Origin: an uncultured Syntrophaceae bacterium
GTDB taxonomy: Bacteria; Desulfobacterota; Syntrophia; Syntrophales; UBA2210
Direction: 5' to 3'
Assembly: GCA_964430915.1 (NCBI GenBank)
Contig: CAYSHT010000005.1
Location: 1 to 35,126 of the forward strand
Length of the DNA: 35,126 bases
How positions within the stretch are numbered: position 1 is the stretch's first letter; every line of letters starts with the position of its first letter. The notes below the pieces were generated by a model. It was not told the DNA's origin. It searched no databases and was given only the letters and a program-made list of their open reading frames with translations. Shown in pieces: positions 18,474 through 26,947 of this stretch. Made by a program: the position numbers and the translations under genes.

Positions 18474-20597
18474 ATGAGGGAAAAGGAGAGTAATACAAAG
18501 CCGGATAGCAAAGTAAAAAACAATGCAGATGATTCTTTTGACTACAAACGAATTATGATTGTGTCAGATGTAGTAGAGGAACTGAGGATTAAACAAAGCG
18601 TTATCGAATCATCAATTAATGGACTGGCAATCGGCGACCTTGATGGAAATCTGACCTATGTTAACAACGCCGCACTTGAACTATTTGGCGGGTATGAATT
18701 ATTGGAGGTCCTGGGACGTTCCGCTGTCATTTTTGCCTGTTCAGAGGATGAGGCCCTTGGTGCCCTCAGTCAGGTGCGCGAGAAGGGAACGTGGGTTGGA
18801 GATATAACAGGCAAAAAGAAGGATGGTTCTGAAATCTTCGTTAGTTTATCGGCGAATATCGTTAACAATGAAGAGGGAGAGCCTATTTTTATAATGTGTT
18901 CCTTTGTAGACATTACGGAGCGAAAGCAGATCGAGGATGAACTTCACATCAAAGAAAACGCCATTGCTTCGTCAATCAATGGCATCGGTATTGCCGATCT
19001 GGAGGGGAGGATCACCTATATCAACGATGCGGCACTGACAATGTGGGGTGCCGAAGATCCTTCTGAGGTTCTGGGAAAATCTCCCCTTGATTTTGCCGAG
19101 GACCAGGAGGAGGCGGAACGTATATTTGTAGAGTTCATCGAGAAGGGTGGCTGGACCGGCGAGGTATCGGGGAAGAGAAAGGACGGTTCACCGATCACGG
19201 TTCTTATCACGGCGAGCCTGGTGAAAAACGAGAAGGGTGAGCCGATCTGCATGATGGATTCCTTTGTTGATATTACGGCACGTAAGAAAATGGAAGAGGA
19301 ACTCCGCATCAAAGACAGTGCGATACGATCATCAATCAACGGTATTGCCATTGGAGATCTGGAGGGGAGGATCACCTATATCAACGATGCGGCACTGACA
19401 ATGTGGGGTGCCGAAGATCCTTCTGAGGTTCTGGGAAAATCTCCCCTTGATTTTGCCGAGGACCAGGAGGAGGCGGAACGTATATTTGTAGAGTTCATCG
19501 AGAAGGGTGGCTGGACCGGCGAGGTATCGGGGAAGAGAAAGGACGGTTCACCGATCACGGTTCTTATCACGGCGAGCCTGGTGAAAAACGAGAAGGGTGA
19601 GCCGATCTGCATGATGGATTCCTTTGTTGATATTACGGCACGTAAGAAAATGGAAGAGGAACTCCGCATCAAAGACAGTGCGATACGATCATCAATCAAC
19701 GGTATTGCCATTGGAGATCTTGAGGGGAATATTACCTATGTAAATGAGGCCTTCATAGAGTTGTGGGGCGGTGAAGATATATCTGAGATACTGGGAAAAT
19801 CGGCTGTAACATTTGCCGAGTCTGAAGAAGAAGGACATGATATTATAACTGTTTTGATGAAAGAAGGAAACTGGATCGGAGAAATAACGGGAATCAGAAA
19901 AGATGGCATACCCATAACGGTTCAACTCTCGGCAAGTATGGTTTCGAATGAAAAGGGCGAACCGATTTGCATGATGTGTTCCTTTGTCGACATTACAAAA
20001 CGGAAGGAAGCGGAGGATAAGCTACAGAGGTCACACGAAGAACTGGAGATCAAGGTTCAGGAGCGAACGCAGGAACTTACAGAGGCTAATATACAATTGA
20101 AGAAAGAGATTGATGAGCGCAAAGAGGCGGAAAAGGCTCTATTGCTGAAGGAGAAAGAGCTCGAACTCAAATCCCTTAATCTCGAGGAGGCAAACACGGC
20201 ATTGAAGGTCTTGCTGAGACAGGGGGAAAAGGATAAGATAGAGCTCGAAAATAAGGTACTTACGAACATAAAAGAGCTTGTCATGCCAGGTATCGAGAAA
20301 CTGAGGAGTTGCAGACTCGACGAAAAGCAGAAGGCCTATGTAAACATACTAGAATCAAATCTCGACGACATAATTTCTCCCTTCCTTCAGAAACTCTCGT
20401 CGAAGTATATGGATTTTACTCCTACCGAGATACAGGTCGCCAACCTCGTGAGAGAAGGAAAACCGACCAAAGAAATATCGGAATTATTGAATATCTCTGA
20501 AAGGGGCATAGAATTTCACAGGAACAACATTAGAATGAAGCTGGGTTTGAAAAACAGAAAGACAAACCTCAGGACCTACCTTTTGTCCCTAACCTGA
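18474..20597 (+). CDS. One-component transcriptional regulator: four PAS domains, a coiled-coil-like linker and a LuxR/FixJ-type HTH
   Basis: Four approximately 120-aa repeats, each starting S(S)INGxxIxDLxGxxTYxNxA and ending FVDIT(E/A/K)RK. A Glu/Lys-rich helical stretch follows. C-terminal TEIQVANLVREGKPTKEISELLNISERGIEFHRNNIRMKLG. Confidence 0.8.
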   Translation: MREKESNTKPDSKVKNNADDSFDYKRIMIVSDVVEELRIKQSVIESSINGLAIGDLDGNLTYVNNAALELFGGYELLEVLGRSAVIFACSEDEALGALSQVREKGTWVGDITGKKKDGSEIFVSLSANIVNNEEGEPIFIMCSFVDITERKQIEDELHIKENAIASSINGIGIADLEGRITYINDAALTMWGAEDPSEVLGKSPLDFAEDQEEAERIFVEFIEKGGWTGEVSGKRKDGSPITVLITASLVKNEKGEPICMMDSFVDITARKKMEEELRIKDSAIRSSINGIAIGDLEGRITYINDAALTMWGAEDPSEVLGKSPLDFAEDQEEAERIFVEFIEKGGWTGEVSGKRKDGSPITVLITASLVKNEKGEPICMMDSFVDITARKKMEEELRIKDSAIRSSINGIAIGDLEGNITYVNEAFIELWGGEDISEILGKSAVTFAESEEEGHDIITVLMKEGNWIGEITGIRKDGIPITVQLSASMVSNEKGEPICMMCSFVDITKRKEAEDKLQRSHEELEIKVQERTQELTEANIQLKKEIDERKEAEKALLLKEKELELKSLNLEEANTALKVLLRQGEKDKIELENKVLTNIKELVMPGIEKLRSCRLDEKQKAYVNILESNLDDIISPFLQKLSSKYMDFTPTEIQVANLVREGKPTKEISELLNISERGIEFHRNNIRMKLGLKNRKTNLRTYLLSLT
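18996..19720 (+). repeat. Perfect 360-bp in-frame tandem duplication (one whole PAS domain) inside the regulator gene
   Basis: 18996-19360 is identical base for base to 19356-19720 when the printed lines are compared. Period 360 nt, equal to 120 codons. Confidence 0.95.
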
Positions 20598-20716
20598 TAG
20601 ACATAGCTGAGACAGCCTCATTTTTACTATAGAAGCTCTGCGGAGCCCCGTATAAGAGGAATCTCCGCTTCAGCTCCGACTAGCTTGCCGGAAACTCCGG
20701 TTGTTTAGTAAGTTAG

Positions 20717-20753
20717 AAATTATTTTCTGTGTTTTCCTGTCAGAGAATAATTT
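20717..20753. promoter_or_regulatory. Imperfect 13-bp inverted repeat (candidate operator) between the regulator gene and acd
   Basis: aaattattttctg (20717-20729), 11-nt spacer, cagagaataattt (20741-20753). One mismatch. AT-rich context about 210 nt upstream of the acd start. Confidence 0.25.
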
Positions 20754-20961
20754 TGTTAACGCACTTATCTCATTTATCGGGATTAATGAAATATTTATTA
20801 TTTTATGCGCTTCCTGTTCAGTTCAAACTTCTTTCCATGGAGGCCGTCAAATTCATGCTTGAATGATTGTTTCTTTTATCGTATCAGTATTTCCCGTCAC
20901 CATTCATCTCTTTTTCGGGGGGATATAATCTGGGACACAAAAAACCAAAAGGAGGAAATTC

Positions 20962-22113
20962 ATGTCGCTACTGGAAAACTATTACACTCAGGAACACTCA
21001 ATATTCAGGGAATCGATTCGGCGGTTTTTCGACAAAGAGGTAACGCCCTATGTTGAAGAATGGGAGAAAGCAGGAATCGTTCCACGCGAGATCTGGAAAA
21101 AATTCGGAGCGCAGGGTTTTCTATGTCCCTGGCTGCCTGAGGAATACGGTGGAGTGGAAGCGGACTTTATTTATTCTCTCATCGGCATTGAGGAAGCTGC
21201 AAGCACCCATTGTGCGGGATTCGTTTTTCCCCTTCACTCGGATATCATTGTTCCCTATATTTACGCTTACGGAAACGACGAACAGAAGAAACGCTGGCTT
21301 CCCGGCTGTGCGACAGGTGAATACATAACGGCCGTCGCCATGACGGAGCCTGGAACCGGGTCGGACCTGGCGGCCATTCGTGCAACCGCGGTCAAAGACG
21401 GTAATAATTATATAATCAACGGTCAGAAGACCTTTATATCGAACGGTATCAACGGCAACCTCGTGATCGTTGCCGCTCAGACCGAGTCTGAGGCAGACTC
21501 TCCCTATGCGAGGATGTCACTCTTTGTGGTCGAAGGAGATACACCCGGATTCGAAAGGGGACGGAATCTTGAAAAGATCGGGCTCCACTCTCAGGATACT
21601 GCGGAAATGTCCTTCGTTGATTGCGTTGTTCCGGCAGAGAATCTCCTTGGTCAGGAAGGAAAAGGGTTTTACTATCTTATGGAAGAACTCCAGCAGGAAA
21701 GACTTGTCTCAGCAATGATGAGTCAGATCTTTGCTGAGGAGGCCCTGCGTCTGACCATAGAATATACCAAGAGCCGCGAGGCCTTCGGCCGTCCCATTAG
21801 CCGTTTCCAGTATATCTCATTCGAACTCGCCAAGATGGCTACGGATGTTGAACTGGGACGAACATTTATGGAAAGCCTCATTATAGATCACATGGCGGGT
21901 AAGGAACTCGTAAAAAAGGCATCCATGGCGAAATACTGGATTGCTGAAATGTTAAACCAGGTGGTAGGAAAGTGCGTTCAGTTTCATGGAGGTTACGGAT
22001 ACATGGAGGAATATCCTATCGCACGTCTCTTCAGGGATGCGAGGGTACAGACAATATATGCGGGAACTTCCGAGATCATGCTCCTGATTATCAGCCGATA
22101 TCTCGGACTTTAG
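20962..22113 (+). CDS. Acyl-CoA dehydrogenase, LCAD/IVD-type catalytic-base arrangement
   Basis: 383 aa with AMTEPGTGSDLA, KTFISNG, GKGFYYLMEELQQERL and RDARVQTIYAGTSEIM. Strong RBS AAGGAGGA at 20949-20956. Confidence 0.9.
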   Translation: MSLLENYYTQEHSIFRESIRRFFDKEVTPYVEEWEKAGIVPREIWKKFGAQGFLCPWLPEEYGGVEADFIYSLIGIEEAASTHCAGFVFPLHSDIIVPYIYAYGNDEQKKRWLPGCATGEYITAVAMTEPGTGSDLAAIRATAVKDGNNYIINGQKTFISNGINGNLVIVAAQTESEADSPYARMSLFVVEGDTPGFERGRNLEKIGLHSQDTAEMSFVDCVVPAENLLGQEGKGFYYLMEELQQERLVSAMMSQIFAEEALRLTIEYTKSREAFGRPISRFQYISFELAKMATDVELGRTFMESLIIDHMAGKELVKKASMAKYWIAEMLNQVVGKCVQFHGGYGYMEEYPIARLFRDARVQTIYAGTSEIMLLIISRYLGL

Positions 22114-22271
22114 AAAAAGCTCTATTTACAGGGGAATACTGGGTCAGGTGATAAACATATTTAAGTGTTTTCATATTATTATTGTCCTGTCCCTTTCCAT
22201 CCTTTAACATATCTTCAGTGTGAGGCGGAACCTTCATGAAAAAAAACAGTATACCACTGAAGACATGCCAG

Positions 22272-22365
22272 CTTGAATTGAACAGCGAGCGCGTTCCCCG
22301 CTGCTTGCGGCGGGGTTAGCGAGCAAATAAAAAATAAAAATTTTCCTTAACAATCGGAGATTCAA
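22272..22365 (+). repeat. Structured intergenic repeat, copy 4 (hairpin 2 precisely absent)
   Basis: Near-identical to copy 1 through ..ttccttaacaatcggagattcaat. The segment between the two gagattc direct repeats is missing. Confidence 0.8.
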
Positions 22366-22417
22366 TTATGAAATTTGTTCTGATACACTCTTTCGCCGAC
22401 ACTGAATGATAGAATAA

Positions 22418-22446
22418 TTGACCTCCTTTCAAAAGGGGAGTATCTT
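22418..22446 (+). promoter_or_regulatory. Candidate sigma70-type promoter upstream of lutA (TTGACC-N17-TATCTT)
   Basis: ttgacc at 22418-22423, 17-nt spacer containing the near-palindrome ctcctttcaaaaggggag, and tatctt at 22441-22446. Pattern only. Confidence 0.3.
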
Positions 22447-22572
22447 CTTTTTCACGATCAAAAGGTGAAAGCTGAGCCATAGCCTTTTTGATGCCAGAAA
22501 ATTATTTGTTGCAACCGGTAGTGCCGTTTTTCATTTCTTCAGAGAATAGTAGAATAAGCAAGGAGGGTCCTT

Positions 22573-23313
22573 ATGAAAAAGGTGTCGCTGTTTATCCCCT
22601 GTACCGTTGATATTATCCTTCCCGAGATAGGAGAAGAGACCACGTATTTGCTCGAACGTCTCGGGGTTTCGCCCATTTACCATGAGAAACAGACATGCTG
22701 CGGCCAGCCTGCAATTAACGCAGGTTATGTTGACGAGGCAAAAAAGTCGGCGAAACACTTTATCGAGGTCTTTGGAGACGATGAGGTCGTGGTCAGTCCT
22801 TCAGGGTCCTGCCTTCATACGGCGAAATACAGGTATCCGGAGCTTCTCTCGGACGAGCCGGTGTGGCTGCGGCGGGCAGAGGAGCTGTCATCCCGGCTCT
22901 TTGAGCTGTCCCAGTATATTGTCGATGTGCTGGGAGTTGAGGACGTGGGTGCCTCATTTGAGGGCACGGTCACCTACCACGAATCCTGCCAAATTCTGAG
23001 AGGCCTGGGGGTTTCCGAACAACCAAAGAAACTCATAACTGCCGTAAATGGAGCGGAATTTGTTCCTCTCAACAGTGCTGACAAATGCTGTGGTTTCGGG
23101 GGAGAATTCGCGAATAACTACCCCGATATTTCGGAGGAGATGGTGAAAGACAAGGTGCAAAACTATATAGCGAGCGGTGCAGATCTGCTCGTCCTCTGCG
23201 AGCCGGGGTGTCTTCTCAATATTAATGGGTACCTGAGCCGCAATCATCCAGAAAAAAAGGCCCTTCATATCGCAACGCTTCTTGCAGATACGGGAAGGGA
23301 GGTGCGGCTATGA
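22573..23313 (+). CDS. lutA: Lactate utilisation protein A (cysteine-rich CCG-domain Fe-S oxidoreductase, LutA/YkgE-like)
   Basis: Two CCG motifs (QTCCGQP, DKCCGFGG). 246 aa. RBS AAGGAGGG. ATGA overlap with the next gene. lutA-lutB-lutC order. Confidence 0.8.
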   Translation: MKKVSLFIPCTVDIILPEIGEETTYLLERLGVSPIYHEKQTCCGQPAINAGYVDEAKKSAKHFIEVFGDDEVVVSPSGSCLHTAKYRYPELLSDEPVWLRRAEELSSRLFELSQYIVDVLGVEDVGASFEGTVTYHESCQILRGLGVSEQPKKLITAVNGAEFVPLNSADKCCGFGGEFANNYPDISEEMVKDKVQNYIASGADLLVLCEPGCLLNINGYLSRNHPEKKALHIATLLADTGREVRL

Positions 23314-24746
23314 AGATAAAAACGGAACAGTTTGTCGAGGTAGCACGAAGGGAAATGGCGGATCTGAATTCACGAGCATTTCTGCAACTACTCCCCCCTG
23401 TCATAGCGGCGATGCGAAAAGCCGCAATGGCAACCTTTCCCGATCCGGATGCGGCCACTGAATATTCGAGGGCCATCAGGGCTGAGGTGGTTGCGCGATT
23501 GCCGGAACTTCTTGAAGAATTCGAGGCAAATGCAATTGCACGCGGTGTCAAGGTGATCTGGGCGCGGGATGCGGAGGAGGCAAACGATTTTATTCTCAAT
23601 CTTGCCCTGAAGCGAGGGATCAAATATGTCACGAAGGGTAAATCCATGGTCAGTGAGGAACTGGGAACCAACGATGTACTCATCAAAAACGGCATAGAGG
23701 CATTTGAAACGGACCTCGGTGAGTTTATCGCCCAGCAGCTCAATCGCCCTCCCTTTCATATCGTAGGTCCGGCCGTCAATGTTTCAGTCCAGGAGATATG
23801 CGATCTCTTTATGGAAAAGGCGGGCATGGAGGAAGCCACCACGGATCCTGTTGAACTTGGGTATGCGGCGCGTGTTTATCTGAGAGATAAGTTTCATCAT
23901 CTCGAGATGGGTATTACGGGCGTCAATATGGCCGTGGCCGAGACGGGTTCAATTATAAATGTTGAAAATGAGGGAAATATACGCCTGACCAAATCATCTC
24001 CCAGGGTCCAGGTATCCGTCATGAGCCTTGAAAAGGTCGTTCCCACCATGCGAGATGCAATACATGTACTCAGGCTCTTGTGCAGAAACTGCACCGGGCA
24101 GTCAATTTCCTCATATGTGTCTATAGATACGGGTCCGAAAAAAGACGATGAGATTGACGGACCGGAAGAACTCTATATCGTCATTGTTGATAACGGGCGC
24201 TCCGATCTTTACGGGGACGTAAAGGCCCGTGAGGCCCTCAGATGCATACGCTGCGGAGCATGTCTAAATCACTGCCCTGTTTACGCGACGATCGGCGGTT
24301 ATCCTTACGGCTGGGCCTATTCCGGTCCGATGGGTCAGGTGTTAAATCCCCTCCTTCTCGGTCTGGACAGAACGCAAGACCTTTATCGAGCCTGTACGTT
24401 ATGCGGAGCGTGCAAAGAGGTGTGTCCCTCAGGCATAGACCATCCAAGCATGTTCCTCTACTACCGCTCAAAGGACGTGAAGGGTGATAGTAAATTGAAA
24501 GGGAAAAAACGCGACTGGAAGGAAGTTGGCATTTTCAAGATATTCACCCTTGCATCCACACTACCATGGCTTTGGAATCTGGGTGCAAGGCTGATACGTC
24601 CCTTCTATAATCGAAATGCCAAAAATGGTGTGGTCTCTCATATATCGGGGCTCTTTGAAGGCTGGTTCAGAAAAAGGGACCTCCCGGCCATGCCTGCAAA
24701 GACATTCCACGAGCGCTGGAAGGATATAGAAAAGAGGTTATCTTAA
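23310..24746 (+). CDS. lutB: Lactate utilisation protein B (4Fe-4S / LUD-domain protein, LutB/YkgF-like)
   Basis: 478 aa. Two ferredoxin-type motifs, CIRCGACLNHCP and CTLCGACKEVCP, following a LUD-like N-terminal domain. Confidence 0.8.
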   Translation: MKIKTEQFVEVARREMADLNSRAFLQLLPPVIAAMRKAAMATFPDPDAATEYSRAIRAEVVARLPELLEEFEANAIARGVKVIWARDAEEANDFILNLALKRGIKYVTKGKSMVSEELGTNDVLIKNGIEAFETDLGEFIAQQLNRPPFHIVGPAVNVSVQEICDLFMEKAGMEEATTDPVELGYAARVYLRDKFHHLEMGITGVNMAVAETGSIINVENEGNIRLTKSSPRVQVSVMSLEKVVPTMRDAIHVLRLLCRNCTGQSISSYVSIDTGPKKDDEIDGPEELYIVIVDNGRSDLYGDVKAREALRCIRCGACLNHCPVYATIGGYPYGWAYSGPMGQVLNPLLLGLDRTQDLYRACTLCGACKEVCPSGIDHPSMFLYYRSKDVKGDSKLKGKKRDWKEVGIFKIFTLASTLPWLWNLGARLIRPFYNRNAKNGVVSHISGLFEGWFRKRDLPAMPAKTFHERWKDIEKRLS

Positions 24747-24773
24747 TAACGAATCGGGGGAGAGGAGAATAAA

Positions 24774-25445
24774 ATGGTACGGAACGCAAGAGACGAAATC
24801 CTCGGTAAACTCAGGGCTGTTCACAGGGCTGATGTCCCTCAGCGACCCGAGGTGCCGTCATTGAATGAAACGGCCTTCGACAGAGAGGAAATGATAGCCA
24901 AATTTACAGAGGCACTCTTCCTGCAGACAGGTGTTGTACACAGGGTCAAGGACAATCAGGAAGCCCTGGATAAGCTTGCGGAGATCGCAAAAGAGGAAAA
25001 ACTGGAAAAGGTTATGGCCTCGACGGATGACGTAATTGCACCGCTGGATTTACCTTCATGGGGGAAGGAAAACGGAATTCAGATTCTTACGGCCGGGGAT
25101 TTCAAGGACAGAAATTCCTTTAAAGATGCGGTCTTTGATGAGGTAAATGCGGGCATTACGGGAGCGAATTTTGCCGTGGCGGAATCGGGCACGCTTGGAC
25201 TCATCCATGACAGGGATCAGGCAAGGCTGATCTCTCTTGCACCCATACTCCATATTGCCATTGTGCCGACGGAGAGATTTGTTCCCATATATGAAAGTGC
25301 AATCGAGAAGGTTTTTGAAGATATAAATGCTGTTCCCGGCCAGTTCACTTTTATTACGGGGCCGAGCATGACGGCCGATATTCAGGCTACCATCTTCAGA
25401 GGGATGCACGGACCGAGGAAGCTGATCGTCATCCTGACAGGTTGA
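24774..25445 (+). CDS. lutC: Lactate utilisation protein C (LUD-domain, LutC/YkgG-like)
   Basis: 223 aa, third gene of the lutABC arrangement. RBS GAGGAG. Call rests on size, position and general LUD-domain resemblance. Confidence 0.7.
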   Translation: MVRNARDEILGKLRAVHRADVPQRPEVPSLNETAFDREEMIAKFTEALFLQTGVVHRVKDNQEALDKLAEIAKEEKLEKVMASTDDVIAPLDLPSWGKENGIQILTAGDFKDRNSFKDAVFDEVNAGITGANFAVAESGTLGLIHDRDQARLISLAPILHIAIVPTERFVPIYESAIEKVFEDINAVPGQFTFITGPSMTADIQATIFRGMHGPRKLIVILTG

Positions 25446-25489
25446 TTTTTTCAGATATGGAATCATATCGAATAAGTGGAGGGCATTGA

Positions 25490-25765
25490 ATGAAGCCGAA
25501 TGTGGTTATTATAAATCTTCGGGATAATGTTGCCGTGATACTTGAGGATGTAAAAGAGGGAGACATCATTAATCTTCCCAACGGTAAAATGTTTACCGCC
25601 CGTTCCGATATTCCTTACAGTCATAAGGTTGCATTGAAAGACATAGAAGCTGGAGGGTACATTTATAAGTACGGTGAGGTAATCGGAGCGGTAAAGGAAA
25701 ACATAAGAAAAGGCGACTGGATTCATACCCACAATCTGGATATCGAGGCGAAGGTTGAGGAATGA
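25490..25765 (+). CDS. UxaA-family small subunit (SAF-domain; SuyA / altronate-dehydratase N-terminal-like)
   Basis: 91 aa. Pattern VAVILEDVKEGD...SHKVALKDIEAGGYIYKYGEVIG is typical of the SAF domain that forms the N-terminus of UxaA/GarD. ATGA overlap with the large subunit. Confidence 0.7.
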   Translation: MKPNVVIINLRDNVAVILEDVKEGDIINLPNGKMFTARSDIPYSHKVALKDIEAGGYIYKYGEVIGAVKENIRKGDWIHTHNLDIEAKVEE

Positions 25766-26928
25766 GAAAAATGGAGACATTCGACGGATATGAGAGACCT
25801 GACGGGTCAGTGGGGATAAGGAATTATGTAGCGGTTATTCCCACCGTGGCATGTGCCAACGGGATTGTTGGTATGATTGCGAGGGCCGTCCCCGGTGTTG
25901 TCCCCATTTATCATGGTCACGGTTGCGGCAGAGCCGTTGAGATAGAGATGCATACAAGGACATTGGCGGGGCTGGGAAAGAATCCCAATGTTGCCGCTGT
26001 CCTTGTGATCGGTCTTGGATGCGAAACAATAAACGCCGAAGGGCTTGCACTGGCTATTTCAGTGACAGGAAAACCGGTGGAATTTCTGTCCATTCAGGAT
26101 AAAGGAGGCTCAAGAAAAACGGCGGCGCTGGGTATGGAAATAGTCAGAAAAATGATTGATGATGCAAAAAGGATCGAGAGAAAACCCTTTGGATTTGACC
26201 GGTTTTGTGTGGGTCTTGAATGCGGCGGCTCCGATGCCTTTTCGGGCGTTACTGCCAATCCCGGGGTTGGTCTCGCGGCCGACTGGATTGTTGACGCCGG
26301 CGGTACGGTAATCCTCACGGAAACGACAGAGATGATAGGGACATCGCACATACTTGAGAAAAGGGCCGAATCTCCTGAAATTGCGGCCGAGATTCATCGT
26401 GTCATTGCGGAGGCGGAAAAGCGTGCCGACGATATCCTCGGCCCTCTCGCGTCTCTTGTCATTTCACCGGGTAATATGGATGGTGGCATGAGTTCCATTC
26501 GCGAAAAGTCGCTGGGCTGCATCATTAAAGGAGGGAGCAGACTGATTAACGAAGTAATAGACTACGGAACTACCCCTGCAAAAAAGGGGCTCGTTATCAT
26601 GGACGGACCGGGCTATGACATGGAATCCCTGGCGGGTCTCGGAGCGACGGGAGCACAGCTCATACTATTTACCACCGGGAGGGGCAATCCTGCCGGTTTC
26701 CCGCTGATACCCGTAATCAAGGTGGCAAGTACGAGAAGACTCTATCGCGCTATGGAAGATGATATGGATATCAATGCGGGGGTTGTCCTCGAAGGTGAAA
26801 GCCTGGAGGATGTTTCTCAGGAGATAATCAGTCTTGCGAAAGAGGTCGCAAACGGGAGGCAAACGAAGGCGGAGATTAATGATCAGGATGGTATCGTTTG
26901 CCTCTATACGATGAATCCGGCCTTTTAA
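25762..26928 (+). CDS. UxaA-family large subunit (SuyB / altronate- or galactarate-dehydratase C-terminal-like)
   Basis: 388 aa. GIRNYVAVIPTVACAN, HGHGCG, VIGLGCE and GLECGGSDAFSG patterns match the GD_AH_C domain as I remember it. Confidence 0.72.
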   Translation: MRKMETFDGYERPDGSVGIRNYVAVIPTVACANGIVGMIARAVPGVVPIYHGHGCGRAVEIEMHTRTLAGLGKNPNVAAVLVIGLGCETINAEGLALAISVTGKPVEFLSIQDKGGSRKTAALGMEIVRKMIDDAKRIERKPFGFDRFCVGLECGGSDAFSGVTANPGVGLAADWIVDAGGTVILTETTEMIGTSHILEKRAESPEIAAEIHRVIAEAEKRADDILGPLASLVISPGNMDGGMSSIREKSLGCIIKGGSRLINEVIDYGTTPAKKGLVIMDGPGYDMESLAGLGATGAQLILFTTGRGNPAGFPLIPVIKVASTRRLYRAMEDDMDINAGVVLEGESLEDVSQEIISLAKEVANGRQTKAEINDQDGIVCLYTMNPAF

Positions 26929-26947
26929 GAGAAAAAGGGGGTATAAG

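Noticed and set aside
19016-19711. Two near-identical minus-strand ORFs (119 and 111 aa)
   Set aside because: They are antisense to the PAS regulator. They are duplicated only because the underlying 360-bp unit is duplicated.
20687-20708. Weak hairpin gccgg-aaact-ccggt followed by tgttt as the terminator of the regulator gene
   Set aside because: The stem is only 4-5 bp and the T-run is interrupted. This is too weak to call.
20805-21056. 83-aa plus-strand ORF upstream of and overlapping the acd start
   Set aside because: It has no RBS and runs out of frame into acd, which has a strong AAGGAGGA RBS at its own start. The product is low-complexity.
22236-22319. 27-aa mini-ORF (MKKNSIPLKTCQLELNSERVPRCLRRG) running into repeat copy 4
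   Set aside because: The RBS is weak or absent. The C-terminal half is simply a translation of the repeat element. Copies 1 and 2 are open in the equivalent frame, but copy 3 has a stop there.
1-22365. Whether the four similar intergenic repeats could be a CRISPR array or its remnants
   Set aside because: The units are 94-151 nt, diverged and internally structured. They are separated by 0.1 to 14 kb of ordinary genes, with no regular spacers and no cas genes. They are not CRISPR.
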